Source: Camelus dromedarius
Lineage: Eukaryota
Direction of reading: 5' to 3'
DNA: 64,000 nt
Assembly (NCBI RefSeq): GCF_036321535.1
Contig: NC_087437.1
Location: 93,684,001 to 93,748,000 of the forward strand
Shown: positions 37,931-52,226 of the stretch, one piece after another
Layout of the letters: each line of letters begins with the position of its first letter
Position numbering within the stretch: position 1 is the first letter of the stretch
Position numbers and translations under genes: made by a program
Notes under the pieces: model-generated
Told to the model about the DNA's origin: nothing
Database searches by the model: none
Seen by the model: only the letters and a program-made list of their open reading frames with translations

Positions 37931-40900
37931 ATTACATTCATAAAGCCAGGAAAGTGGCTGCCTTTAGGGTGAGAAGAAGAAATTGTCATTGGCAGGAATA
38001 TTGATTCCACTGGGGTCTTGGGAGTGTGCTATTTCCAACAAATGCAATAGATAACACCAATGTTATAATTATTTTAAATCAATATTTGCATTTTTTTGTA
38101 TATTATGTATAAAGACGAATTAATTTTAATTGTATTCTCTGCACAAAAGTAGAACATAAGTGTTTCAAAGCAAAGTCAAGGTTTTTCTACATAAGTCTTT
38201 TAAGATCTACTCAAGTTTTGGAACACATGCTCAACTCAAACTTCAGACAACTCCTTCAGAAAGCATAGAGGAGAGTACATTGAAAACTTCAGTGACGTTT
38301 GATGCAAATGTTTAGGTAGAATAGCTAAAAATAATTTTAATATGATGATGTAATTACATTTTTTGTACAAACGTTAATGTATACATGTAAAATTTACAGT
38401 TAACAATGATTACATAAGATGTTTCAGAGTGTCAGCAAAAGCAGTGATATATTTTGGCAGTGCTGTTATTAAATTACTTGGTACTTTTTGAGCAACAACA
38501 ACATAAAATCAATTTAAACCAACCATAGGATTTAATAGTAAGACTTTATCAGAATAGAAGAGTTTTTCTTGATGGACTTTCTCTCTCACACAAGAATGTT
38601 GAAAAGTGAGGACCAGATTTATCTAAATTCTGTAACCTTATCCTTTGGCATACAGCTATATGCTTTTTACCATTTAATAGAGAAAATTCTCTTAATTCAT
38701 GTGACCCTCTGTAATTTATTGTGATGTTGTTACAAGAATACTTTTCTGAAAAAGTAATCAAAGCTTTGAATTTACATATCTATGCAACGTGTTCTGGCCC
38801 ATATGTGGTTATGATCTAAGAAATCACAATTTTTAAAAAAGCCAATAAATGCAGGAAAGAGTTTAAAATTGTTCTAATAGACTTCTCCATCAGGTGAAAC
38901 TGAGCATAACAACAGTCAGTTACAAACGAGCTGCAACTGGAACTGCCTGTTCCTCATAGTTATTGGAGACCCAGCCATGCATTTTATTGAGGAAAGCTTG
39001 CATAGTGATTTGAATGAATATAGATTATTTACACCTCTTCATTGTGTGTGTGTGTGTATACACCACCATATTTTAGGGCTTCAGAACAATATTAACATTA
39101 AATTGATTTTAGACATCCCAACTCCTAAAATTTTGTCACAAGTACAACATTTATTTATATGAAAAAGAAATGGTGATTGAACTGATTTAGTTTCTTCTGT
39201 GAAATTTGAATTCCGTTTATGCCAAGTTGCATTGGATAAAGGAAGTTTTTATTATTTATTCATCCTTAAATCAGATCTAATTTATTGTTTTCTAACATTG
39301 AAATACTGATGTTTTCTTTAGAAAACTCCTATTTTTCTAATATTTTAAAATCATAAGTTTCTAATTTTATTGTAGGAAAATAAATCATTTAATAACAATT
39401 TCGTAGCTCTTAAGAGGTCGTTATTTTAATCACTTGACTTTTAAATTCACTTATACCCACTGTTTCACATTTTATTTGATAGTTTATATTGCTTAATAAA
39501 GTATAAGCATTATATAGATGCTTCTACTTTCTTTGATTCAGCATTTTAAAGAAAAAAATACTTGTACTTCCATCCGTTTAAACCTAGTATTTCTCTCTGT
39601 ATGTCCTCATTTGACAGATAATGAAACTACCAGTAGGACTTGCCTTTTCTATTTAACATTGCTAATCATATTGCATACTTAAAGTTGTCAGTGATCATTA
39701 GTAATTGTTATTTGGTGCAGCTTCTTATAAATTACTACTGAAATAAATTCTATTACAATATATAAATCCTAGTTATATGCTCATAAATAAGACTGTACTG
39801 GTTCTGCGTCATTGTATTAACATTCATCATTTTTGTTATTGCTTAGTATTAAAATAGTATGCAAGAAAATATATTAATAATTAAATATTCACATTCCAAG
39901 TATGATGTTTCCTAATATTTTGAAAAATAAACCATCTATGGATAGCAGGGGAAAGACTGATTTGGAAATATTCTTATTTTTCTTATTCTACGAAATTCCA
40001 TTATTCTAGAAATATTGACATGGCCACTTATTTTTAATATTGAAATATTTGATATTTAAATATTTAGATGTGACATTTTATAAGTATTGTTTTTGGGAAC
40101 AATATTGCACAATGGTTTGTGCATTCTTTAGTGGTAGGGATGTCTGAGTTCTACCCAGGTTTAAAATTTCTTGGAATTTGACCTTGGTAATGACTTAACC
40201 TTACTGATCTCAGTGCTTTTTCCTCAGATATATTTTATGAACACTCATTCAAATAAATATCTTCAATTTTATCCTAGCTTATAACTCCCCTTTTACCCTG
40301 CTTTATTTCTCTTCTAAGTAATTGTCACTATCAAATGCTTTAGTGAATACTTGTTATGTTGTTTATTGTCTCTCTTCCCCACTAGCATGTAAATTGCATG
40401 GGGACACAGCCTTTTTCTGTATCCCAGGACCAATCACAGTGACTGAAGCAAAGAAATCACTCATTAATTATTTAGTAGAGGAATAAATGAATGCGGGAAT
40501 GAATAAATGCCCTAAAAGGGGCTTCTGAGAAATAATTTGTCCCTGTTCTTAATTAGAAAATTCATCTGCAACAAATCCACAATGATTTTAGAACTTGAAG
40601 AAAGTGTCTCCAGTCAAAGATAACACATACTTCTGAATGGTATTGTTACACATTTTAGCTAGTATGACCTTCTAACACAGGATATGGGCTGGTAGGTAAT
40701 TACAGTATGCTTTTTACTTTGTAGAAACTGATGCTCAGAAAGGTACAATAGATGTTTGTGTGTGTGCGTATAGATAGACAGATACAGATATAGATAAAGA
40801 TGTAGATACTTAGGAAGACTTGGGTCCAGAAGTGAATACTAGGACTCTTCAGTCATAGTATATCCCTCCCTCCTTCAGTTGTCTTTTAAATAAATTATTT

Positions 40901-43174
40901 TTTCTTTCTACATTGCTTAATTTGTAAAAATAGAAATCTTAGATAAGTTTTGCCAGGCAGCAGCTGAATTCACGCAGGAGGGGCATTATCTTCATTATAC
41001 CACTGGTTGGACTGATAGAGACCAGCAGTGCCTAGAGTCATATGAGCATTTGGTTATGCCATTTTCCCAGGCCATCTGTGTACAAATGAGTGTGGTGATG
41101 CCAGATCAGGCAATCAGGGTTCTGCAAGAAATAACACTTTGTGTTGATCTTTTGGGTAGAGTTATTTACAGAATATGCAAATTGAAAAGTGCTTAATTAA
41201 CATTCTTATTCTCGAAGTCTCTGTCTTAACCCTTCAGCATCATTGTTTCCTTTTGAATATTCACATACAATTCTTTCAATATATATAGTTTTTCAAAAAG
41301 AACTCTTGGAGGAAAATGATATTTAGGGTTCGTAATCATGGATGGCTTTTTTTTTTTTAATTGCAGGGAATGACACCAACAGGGCAAACATTCAAAGGCA
41401 AACTGCTTTCGAACAGCATGCCACCATGGGCAAATAGATTTGATAATGAGAGATTTTGTAATTTACAAATCATTTGTTAAATTGACAATCTCTAGGAGGT
41501 TTTCTATTATTGCTGCTCTTCATGGCATCTCCTTGTTTCATTACTTTAGCAATTAACCTTATTTTGTTTTAATTTAAAGGAAAAAAAAGCAATCTGCCAG
41601 TTCTTGTGCTTCTATTACTATGGTGGGGGGTCAGATTTTGAAATATTTGACTTCTACACAACAAGAATAGAGATTTTTTCTGGCTAGCTTCTTTAAAGTA
41701 CTTTCCAGAAACCCAAAAACTATAATAAAATGATAATTTAATTAGAATAGTATTTCGCCCAATGTTAAATAGACAAAAAAGGAATGGAAGATACTACAAA
41801 GGAGAGATTATAAGCCATAATATTGAACTTGTGGTCAATTAAATATATTGAGCATAACCTCATAATAATTAGAATCATTTATATTAAAGGAGTTATTTAA
41901 AATTTTAATTTACATTTTAAAGTTCAAATTAATTTTTGCTGGAATGAATAGATGTTTTCTGATATCAGCTGTAGCATTAAGTTTCATTTTTACAGTAAGC
42001 TAAGAAAAATTTTTTTCAAGCCATGAAAGAGACATTTAGCAAAAAGCATTGACTGAAAGAAACAAAGAAATTAACCTATTTTAGAAGCAAAATTGTTTGC
42101 AAGTGAAATTATTTGTAAATTCTTTGCAAAATTTATACGCTTTTTCTTTGCCATTTTAGTACTCATATCTAATCAGACAAATACTTAATATCAGTGGCTT
42201 TTCAGAGATATGTTATTTATCTGTCTATTAATGCCACCTTTCATCCAAAGGAAACTCCTGTATTCCTCTGTAACTTCCCCCTAATTATGTGTCCATTTTC
42301 TCTTCACAGCTTTTCTATTATTGTCAATTGTTTTTATCAATCACCGTCAGAATCTGATGCATTTCCTGTATTTTTTTTCCCTTTTAGTACAATGAATTCA
42401 GCATTACTCCATGGATCCTCGTGTCAAAAGGTACTTTGTTGTAAATTTTATTCCTAAAGCAATATGGTATTTTGAAAAGTTAATAATAACTGTGTTCTGA
42501 TTTTTAAGCAACTTAATTTTTTTATGCTGCATTATCAGTAGATTACTCTTCAGAAGGTAATAGTTTAGTGCCACACATTGACACAGATTTGAAGAACATT
42601 TTAAGCTATGCTTGGTTGCTTCTCTATAGTAAATTAACTATATTTCTTGTTCCAGTTTATCATTGTAGACCATAAACATCCTTCCTCTCTTAAAATTTTG
42701 TTCTGTGAAAATAAGTTCCACAAAAGTCTTTATTTTCTACATTTGGAGGATATTAGTATAATTTTGCAAGTTTATTTTAGGATTTGTGGCTTTTAATAAA
42801 AAATTAAATTTCAAGCAATGGTAAACATAGTCTAATGTAAAAAAAAGTCATATACTATTCTATGCAAGGGAAATGTAGTATAAGCCACTTTACTTATAAT
42901 TTGAAGTCAAAATGTTTCATTCACACAGAGAAAAACTTAGGAACAGTGAATGAAAATTGTTTGCTGATCTTACTGTAAAATTGTCTATAAACATTGACAC
43001 ATATCAGTGATGAATGATACTATAAAGTGTTAATTTCTGTTAAAGATAGTAAGTTTTGCCTAATGCTAGTTGGGTAGGTGGTATTCTTTTACTCAGACGT
43101 ATCGTATGGTTGCCTCATTTATACCACTATGAAAACCCTGATTCATATTATTAGAATAACTCTAATATCTTATA

Positions 43175-44567
43175 AATTATTATTTTTATTGAAACACATT
43201 CAGTTACAATGTGTCAATTTCTGGTGTACAGGAAGATGTCCCAGTCATGTATATGCATATGTATATTCATTTTCATGTTTGTTTTCATTGAAGGATATTC
43301 CAAGATTTTGAATATAGTTCCCTGTGTGCTATGCAGAAGAAATTTGATTTTTTAAAATCTATTTTTATATATAGTGGCAAACATTTGCAAATCTCAAACT
43401 CCCAAATTTATCCTTTCCCAGCCCTTTTCCCCCTTGGAAACAAACAAATAAGTTTCTTTTCTGTGTCTGTGAGTCTGTTTTTGTTTTGTAAATAAGTTTA
43501 TCTTTTTTTTTTTTTTATTCCACATATAAGTGATATCATGTGGTATTTTTCTTTCTCTTTCTGGCTTCACTTAGAATGACAATCTCCAGGGCCATCGATA
43601 TTTGCTGCAAATGACATTATGTTATTTTTTATGGCTGAGTGGTATTCCACTGTATAAATATACCACAGCTTCTTTATCCAGTCATCTGTCGATGGATATT
43701 TCGGTAGTTTCCATGTCTTGGCTATTGTAAATAGTGCTGCTATGAACATTGAGGTGCATGTATCTTTTTGAATTGGAGTTCCCTCTGGATGTATGCCCAG
43801 CAGTAGGATTGATGGATCATATATGGTAAATCTATTTTTAGACTTTTGCAGAATCTCCATACTGTTTTCCATAATGTCTTCACTAAACTACATTCCCACT
43901 AGCAGTGTAGGAGAATTCCCTTTTCTCCATACCTTCTCCAGCATTTATCATTCATGACCTTTTGAATAATGGCCATTCTGACTGGTGTGAGGTGATACCT
44001 CATTGTTATTTTGATTTGCATTTCTCTAATAATTAGCAATATTGAACATTCTTCTCATGTGCCTATTGGCCATCTGTATGTCTTCATTGGAGAATTGCTT
44101 AAGTCTTCTACCCATTTTTGGATTGGGTTGTTTGTTTGTTTTTTTTTTGTTACTAAGTTGTATGAGCTTTTAATATATTCTGGAAATTAAACCTTTGTCA
44201 GTCATATCACTTGCAAATATTTTCTCCCATTCCATAGAGTGTCATTTTGTTTTGCTTATGGCTTCCTTTACTGTGCAAAAGCTTATAAGTTTAATTAGGT
44301 CCCATTTGTTAATTTCTGCTTTTATTTCTATTGCCTGTGTAGACTGCCCTAGGACAACATTGCTAAGATTTATGTCAGAGGATGTTTTACCTATGTTTTC
44401 CTCTAGGAGGTTTATCATGTCTTGTCTTATATTTAAATCTTTAAGCCATTTTGAGTTTATTTTTGTGTATGGTGTGAGGGAGTGTTCTAACTTCATTAAT
44501 ACATGTGCTGCTGTCCAGTTTTCCCAACATACTTGCTGAAGAGACTGTCTTTTCTCCATTGTATATT
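43175..44567 (-). mobile_element. 5'-truncated L1 (about 1.4 kb): ORF2 C-terminus plus 3' UTR
   Basis: Peptides WENWTA..MKLEHSLTPYTKINSKWLKDLNIR..INKWDLIKL (44242-44559) and YDPSILLLGI..KDTCTSMFIAALFTIAKTWK..DDWIKKLWYIYT (43567-43872) are L1 ORF2 and are frameshifted. Confidence 0.97.
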
Positions 44568-45664
44568 AAAAACTTTAAATTTCCATAATGATATATTAAA
44601 ATAAAAACTTAAATAGATTTGTTAGTTACCTACATAGAGATGTAAAATTATAATGATAGAAATTTTTGAATTTCATATTTTGAGAGATGATAACATTCCA
44701 CTAAATAAATATTAAGTAATAGATATTGACAATTAAAAATTATTTATGCTACTTGGAATGAGTAACTTGCACATTCATTCTATTTGAGTTTATAAATGGT
44801 GAGAAATTGCACTCATGAAAGAATATAACTAGTGTGGTAAAGTACATTATATTTGGTAATATGATGTTTTTCTCTAGTTAAGATGTTTTATTTATAAAAA
44901 TACATATATTAACTCCAGGTAGTTTCAAACTTGAAAAATTGAATTTAATTTATGGGTTCATGTTAAATAAATAAATGAGTACATTTCAATATGCTATACA
45001 AGCATTTTTTTTGGTCAAAATTTGTTCCATATACTATCAACATCAGAAACACTTTTGCTTCTTTAAAGGACAAATTCCTGGAAAATTTTCCAGATATAAT
45101 GAACAAAATCTATATATGGGGGCCCAGGGATATACATTTCAATTAACTTCCTAGGTTATTTTTTTGGTATATAAAAATTTTTAAATTGCAGTCCTATGTT
45201 ATTACTATGTTCTTTATATTCTTTCAATTTTGCATATGTATGTACTAGCATAGAAATAGTTGGGTTTGATTTACATAAAAACAATTTAAATTATGATTGC
45301 ATTCATTGGTCAGAAGTAATTTGAACAGTTGTTAAGTATTAGGTGTCTGACTAAACTCGGTGTTCTACATACATTATCTTAAATTCCCATACAAATCTTA
45401 AATGATCAAGGGCTTAATAAACAAAGCTAAGAAATAAGTATATGGTGACCCCAAGTTGAAACTAGGTCTATTAATGCAGATGATGAGTATTTACCAAACC
45501 CATAAAGTAAAGCAAAAATTTCAAATGTCCTTCCTTCCCACATCACACTATACCGTTCTCTCAATTTCTGTATTTTCAGAGTTTCAGTAATGTCAGATTT
45601 TCAGTATAATTCCCTCCTACTTTTTGTCTCAGTTACAACTTTTAATTTTACCACATAAAACACG

Positions 45665-46157
45665 TGTGAATCAGTTTGGATCTTTCAGTAAGCAGATCCC
45701 AAGGTGATATTAGACACATATAACATTTATTGGGGGAATTATTTTTGAAAAATAAAGGGGAGAGAACAAAGAATTAGGCATGGAAGACCTTAAGACAATG
45801 ATGTGTGAAGGAAGGAAGGAAAGAAGAAGGGGAAGAGGAAAGAAAGAAGAGGGAAGTGTTGAGTAACCTTACTCTATAGTACATTGTTAAGAAATTTCTG
45901 TCCAGGCCCATGGCGCGCCTCAGGGCAAAGAGCTCCCATCAGATGATTCCAACATTCAGCAGGAATAACCCAGTTCTGTTTACCGCACTGTGCTTATTCA
46001 TTGGCTGGGGGCATCTGTGAGAGACTTTGGCCATAGTGTGAATATTATATAGTACTGAAGGTGCAGCAGATGGTGGGGGGATATGTGCCAACTTACACAT
46101 CTCCCAGCAGATTCTTATGATGAGAAGGATGTGGGGTGCCCCACCATGACCTCCACA
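45665..46157 (-). mobile_element. LTR16-family ERV-L LTR
   Basis: AAGCAGATCCCAAG..ATTAGAC..ATTTATTGGGGGAA..ATAAAGGGGAG..TCCAGGCCCATGG..TCATTGGCTGGGGGCA resembles the LTR16 reverse complement. TGT..ACA ends. Confidence 0.7.
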
Positions 46158-49100
46158 GGCAGCACTTTGGAAAACTCCTTCACTGCACTTCAGCATACTC
46201 AAGGGTATGGGCAAAATACTATTTCCTTTGTACTTCCAAAGCCTACTAAATAATCAGGGATAGAGTTGACCAATATATGTTTATTCTCAAATATTTATCT
46301 ATAGAAAGAAAATTTGAAATAGAAATAATATCTTCATTAACTTAAGGCCAGTCCTATCTTAAAACCACCTGATGGATAAACTAAAATTCAAGAGCTATTA
46401 TTAGAAAACAGAAGAAAAATATGACAAATTATTGGAAAAAAAAGGAAGAAGAGAATCTGAAAATATATCTTATGAAGGAGATGGCTCAATTTTTCATTTT
46501 GTTATGCATTTAGATGTGGAAGATGGATTTTAAAAATCCTTAATTATTGAAATTATTGATATATTCTCCTAACAAGAATAATGGACAGAATAAAGTATAT
46601 GGTCACCTCTAAAGAAGAACTGTTACTATTTACAATAATATAAATCTTACTAGGGTAGTTACACGGTCTAGTATCTAAACTGAGTTTCAAATGATTGTAA
46701 CCAATGCTGAAACAATGTTCATTTTATAAACAAAACTGGAGACATGGATAAAATAATATTATTGGATAATTTAAGTTTTTCATGAATCGGCAGGTTCTAG
46801 AACCATGACCCAGAACCCAAACCACTGCTGATTGCTTCCTTTGTTACTGGATCATTTTATGTTTGACATATCCAGAAAATATGTTTTGTGACACATGAAT
46901 TGCTTTTAGCAGTAGATAACCAAAATGAGATCATAAGGTTTTTCTAACCCAATAACCCTCAATAGGAAAAAACCTCAAAAAGCAGGAATGAAACCATTAT
47001 TTTGTTACTCTCAACATAATAACAAATTAGAATTTTTGAACACCCATAACTCTCAGGCAGCCTTTATATGTGATGCGGGAATGGGGTTGAGGATGGGGGT
47101 AATGGAGGAGCTGCTGATTACAAGTCAAAATGCAGCAGTGACCTGCTTCCCACTTTCGTGCCCTTCTCTGGATCTCCAGAACTCTGACAGCTAAGCTTGT
47201 ATTCCCAGGCAGGGGCATATCTTCACATTCTCTTAACTGACTGCTAACCTTTACTGACAAAAGCACAGGAATACACTAAATAGTAAGCCATAGCAAGAGA
47301 GGACTTCTGGAGTGGGGATAATTCAAAACTGTGAAATAAGTTATTTCAGATAATATTTTGCACTACAGAGCAGGTAATTTTGGAGAGTCCTTTTCTTCTG
47401 TGCGTTGATTTATCCATTTATTAAACAACATTTATCTCTCACCTATTATCACAGATGTAATTATTCCTGCCTTTAACACTTGGAGCCTCATGATTATAAT
47501 GCACTACAATGAAGAATCAAATAGAATTTTGTGTAAAATGCAGTTAGAGCACAGATCTTCTTAAATAGTCACAGATTGAATGTCTGGAATTTAACTGGTG
47601 AATATAGACTATCCTCATGCCTGATAGGAGTAGGAGATAATGTTAAATAAATGAGAATAATTAAGGAGATGAAAGGTGGGTTGGCTTCTTCAGTCAATGT
47701 AAATAAAACTTGACATTTTATGACCACAAAATCCAAGTCCTTTCAGATTTATAATCACATGGACAATCACATTAATTATTAAGAACCAACTTTTGTTAAG
47801 GACAGAGCTGCAGTTGCATTAGGGAAACAAAAGTGTAAAACCAAAGAAGCAATTAGAAATTGAGTGCAGATAAACAGCTTTGAGTGAGAAATAGGATAGC
47901 CCCAGAGAGGACTTTAATCTGAATCTGATTGCTGAGCTGTAACTGCACACAAGGGGAAACATGTCTCGATTCATTCTAAAATGTGTTAGGATGAGGACAG
48001 GAAGTCTTCACTGAGGAAGTGGAAGTTTGCAACCTTTATTACCTAGCTAATCATGCTGCACTCAAATGTCTACTTACCGTGTTTAGCCCACAGAATTCTC
48101 CATGGTATAAAATGATATTGGATGTCAGTGTATCTTTTAAAGATATAATCACAGAGATAAAATGAAAAACAATGCTTAGCAAGGATTCATAGTCTAAATG
48201 TTAATGGAAAGAATAGACTGGTTTCTCCCCCCATAGAGTAAATTCTCCTTGTCATTCTCTTTTCTTGCAAAGTACTCTCCATTTTTCCTTCACTTTGTTA
48301 ATTTGATTATTGTTGTCTTTTTTCAGTGGAATTTAAACTCCACATAGGTAGGGGTTTTCTGTTTCATTCACATCTCCATAGGCAGTATCTGGAGAAGGAA
48401 CCGAATAAGTATGCGTAGAATGAGATGAATAAATATCTGTTAAGTAAATTTAAGGAATGAACACATGAATGTAAGCATTATTATTTAACATTGGTTTTCA
48501 CCTCTGGAGGGCTAGTTCTGTAGCAATAGGGAGCGTTGGTATTGTGTTTTGTTTACCATTGTTTAACAAGAGCATGGTAGGGACCCAGAAACACTGTAAT
48601 GTTTTCCTTGTAGAATGTCTGAATAAGTGTTTGAAGATCTAATGTGTTTGAACATGTTTGCTAGGACCTGAAAAAGGTTACATATTCATGGGAGATTATA
48701 TGAGTTTCTGGGTTCAAACAGTAATGCCCCAGAGTCTTGGGGACAAATTGTGACACAAAATGAAGAGTTGGTGATTTTCTTCAATGTCCCAGTCTTAGAA
48801 CATTATAGTTAGATAGTATCAAGGAAGAACAGTTGTAACTCTCAGAACCTAGAGGATACTGAAGTTACCTATAAATAGGCTCTGATCAAGTTCAAGGGAC
48901 TTAAATGAAATAGGAATTTCTCTTAAACATAACCACTTATAATTCAAAAAAATAAGTTTGGAGGTATAGGGAAGAAATTCAAGTAAAAATATATTATTTA
49001 TGTAACAGAAGAAAGCAATGTACATACCATGGGGAATTCTATTACTATCAACTTAAAAGGACCCTTGCACAAATTCTACTGAAGTGTTCCCCGTATTCAC

Positions 49101-49419
49101 TGTAGATGACCACCTGCATGTCTCATGGTGCTGTCAATCCCAGAAGCATCCAAGTCAAACATGTTCATTATGTTTCTATCCCAACACACAGGCCTATTTC
49201 AACTATTTTTCTTAATGTTATCAACACCAAACCAGTCAATAAATTTGGAAAACATTATGGCCTTCTTTTACCTTCTAGTTTCTCACATCTGATATTCCCA
49301 GAAGTCCTTATATGCTACCACACATTTGCAAGTTAACTAATCTCCTCAATTAAATTATTATCTTCCTATTAAATTGTCAGCTAAAAAGCTAATAAGAACA
49401 ATAATAATTAATGACAAGT

Positions 49420-49640
49420 AATATCTATAGAGTCTTCATTCTGTATCTGGAGCTTTACATAAAATACTTCACCGAATGACATAGCAAGTTCTAAATTTGT
49501 ATACAGAGATGAAAACTGAGGCTCAGAGAGGTTTAAATAAATGGCTGTAGTTACCACCAGGAAACATTAGAGCTAAGACTCTGAAGCAGGCAGTCTGACT
49601 CTTGAGCCAAGCTCTTAACAACATTACTATATTGCTAAGG
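49420..49640 (-). mobile_element. MIR SINE
   Basis: MIR core: GATGAAAACTGAGGCTCAGAGAGGTTTAAATAA..AGGCAGTCTGACTC..GCTCTTAAC. Confidence 0.8.
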
Positions 49641-50821
49641 ATGTCAAAGTTGGGTATAAAATTAACCATAGCTTTCCAAATTTGGGACCCCTAGTTGGCT
49701 TTCTGAGGACGGCTAGTTAATTTCAGGGCACAGAATGCAGAGGAGGGTGGAGGGAGTAAGTAAGGAGATAAGGCTGGAGCAATGGGATGCTGCACTGAGA
49801 CAGTTTGTATTCACAGTTACACAAAATGTCATTTTCATTCTGCATATAAAAAAACAGGTAAAGAGAGGTCCTCTGCTTCCCAGTGACACTGCCTCTCTCT
49901 CATCAGGATTACACCATTTTGCATTTTGAGTGACAGGGATTTGTAGGTAGTCATCTTGACCATCAGACACTAATACAAGACTGCTGAAGATTAGAAGACT
50001 GGTCAAAGGTAAGACTTGAGAGAGAAAACTGAAGTTCCTTAACTGTCAATCATATTTAATAGTAATAGTGCATGTATGAGATTCTTGAATAGATATATTA
50101 AGCAAAATTTCTTATTCTTTTCCTATATGAAACTTAATGCAGTTTAAGCCATTATATATTGAAATTTTAAGAAAATATGTGAAAGAATGGGAATTTGAGT
50201 AGTGTCCTACGTCTAGCTCCTACTTCCATAGAAAGTAATAACTACATGCTTGAGCGGTTACATTTGGACAATATTTCCTTGAAGGATCCTTATTTTGTTT
50301 TAATGAAATAATTCATTAGAAGTGCAAAATATAATTCTTTTTTCTATTGTTTATGATTAATGTTCAAGGAACAAAGAATACTTAAGAACAAGTTGGAAGT
50401 TGTATGACAAATTAAAAAAGCAACTTAATTCAGAGTCCACTGTTCTTATAGGAATTGTTCACTGCATCAAATCATGGTAGTAGCTCTAATGTACCTCAAG
50501 GTACATCAAAATAAATGGGCAGGATTTTGAAGGCCACTCTTCTCTTTTTTTGTATGTCCTTTGCATGGGTAAGGTCATGTTTGAAACCTAGTATCTTCTT
50601 CTTTTGGAGAAAAATGTCTTAGAAAATATCTCAAAAATGAATGGATTGTTAAAGCTATGTCTGTTACATTTAATTATTAGAAAGTATGGCAAATTACTTT
50701 AGATCAGTAAGGGGAGGAGAATATTTCTTTCCAATGTGTGCACAAATACAACAGTGAAAGGAGATGCATATTTAATTCTATGGATTAGTACTATGCTAAT
50801 ATATTTTGTTGTTTTAAATTT

Positions 50822-50942
50822 CTGAATTTTTAAAAATTGAAGTATAGTTGATTTACAATATTGTGTTATTTTCAGGTGTACGCATAGTGTTTTTGCGGAT
50901 TATACTCCATTATAGATTGTTACAAGATAATGGGTATAATTC
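50822..50942 (-). mobile_element. Short L1 3' end of a different, probably older artiodactyl-type subfamily
   Basis: TTGAAGTATAGTTGATTTACAATATTGTGTT..TTTCAGGTGTAC..TTACAAGATAATG. Confidence 0.75.
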
Positions 50943-52210
50943 TACTAGGAAGGTATTTTCAAAAATAATTTCTCTCTATAGATAGATTGAAAGATAAATA
51001 GATAGATTAATATATATTTATATGCCTGTGTGTTAGAATAGGACAATGAATATGTTTGGGTGTTTGGTTTGGACTCTCCTGGGTTTGACAGCATCATGAA
51101 ACATTGAGGTAGTCATCTATGGTGAATACTGGGAATACTTGACTGGGATTTGTGCAAGCATCCTTTTAAGTTGATACCTTTCTACCTATATATTTATATA
51201 TATGCACACACATACATAAATCTATTTACCTATATCTCTTTCAACATGGAAGGGAGGTATTTTGGGGGAGAAAAACTACAAATTTTTGAATGAACCTTAC
51301 GGAAAAGTATACTGTAATCCTTCCCATTCATATAAATATATATAAATGGTGATATTTAAGTAGTATAAATAAAGTATAATTGCTCATTGCAATTATATAC
51401 TTAACTCATGGTTCTATGCTTAGGCTTAGCTGAGTAATTGGGTTATAGAAAGATAATAAATAGTTACTGAAGAAAGATACTAATATGTGAAAATTATTTA
51501 TAATTACAAGGAGAAAATTATTTTAAATATATGTAATATTTTGTATAATTTTCCTGTAAATTTTAGATTTCATTGACTTATATTTCCTAATTTAGACAGA
51601 ATTTGAAGGAATAGGAAACTTGAGAATAAATTGTGACATCTGTAAATTAAATGATGAAAAAAATGTTTTCTTATGTTTACAACCTATTGCATAACATTCA
51701 CATTGCTTTTTTAAAAGCATTTTTGTGTAACTGGGAAGAGAATCAGGAAAAATAGAGAAAAATCAGTTAGCTCTAATAATATTCCTTTGTTTTATTTTGA
51801 TAAACCACTCAGCAAAATAATACTCCTATGTGCTGTGTAATATTTAAGGTACTGATCAGAGTGAAAAATTAAGAATTATTTTAAAAATTCACTTAACATT
51901 CATTTAGTACTCAGTTCTTTGCATTTTCATTTATTTAAAAGATTTGTGCTTGTGTCTTTTTTCCTTACTGTTACATATATATCAACATGCGATTAACTAT
52001 CTCCATCCAACTCCTCAGCTTCGCACATTCATCAATACCTATTGTTTTCAAAAATATATCTATAAATCACATCTATAATCAAAAATTACATATTAGTTAC
52101 ATATCATATATATAATATCATACCATTCCATGATACAAGGATGGATTTTTTACAGTTCTAATATTTTCAGAGACAGCAGGAAAATAAAATCTAAAATAAT
52201 CTACAAATAG

Positions 52211-52226
52211 ACAGCAGAGGGCACCA
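52211..52226 (+). promoter_or_regulatory. Candidate CTCF site
   Basis: ACAGCAGAGGGCACCA closely matches the CTCF core (CCAGCAGAGGGCRC), as a GC-rich spot in AT-rich DNA. Motif evidence only. Confidence 0.45.

Noticed and set aside
43175..44567. Active L1 or host gene
   Set aside because: It is 5'-truncated and frameshifted, and lacks ORF1, the endonuclease and the RT core.
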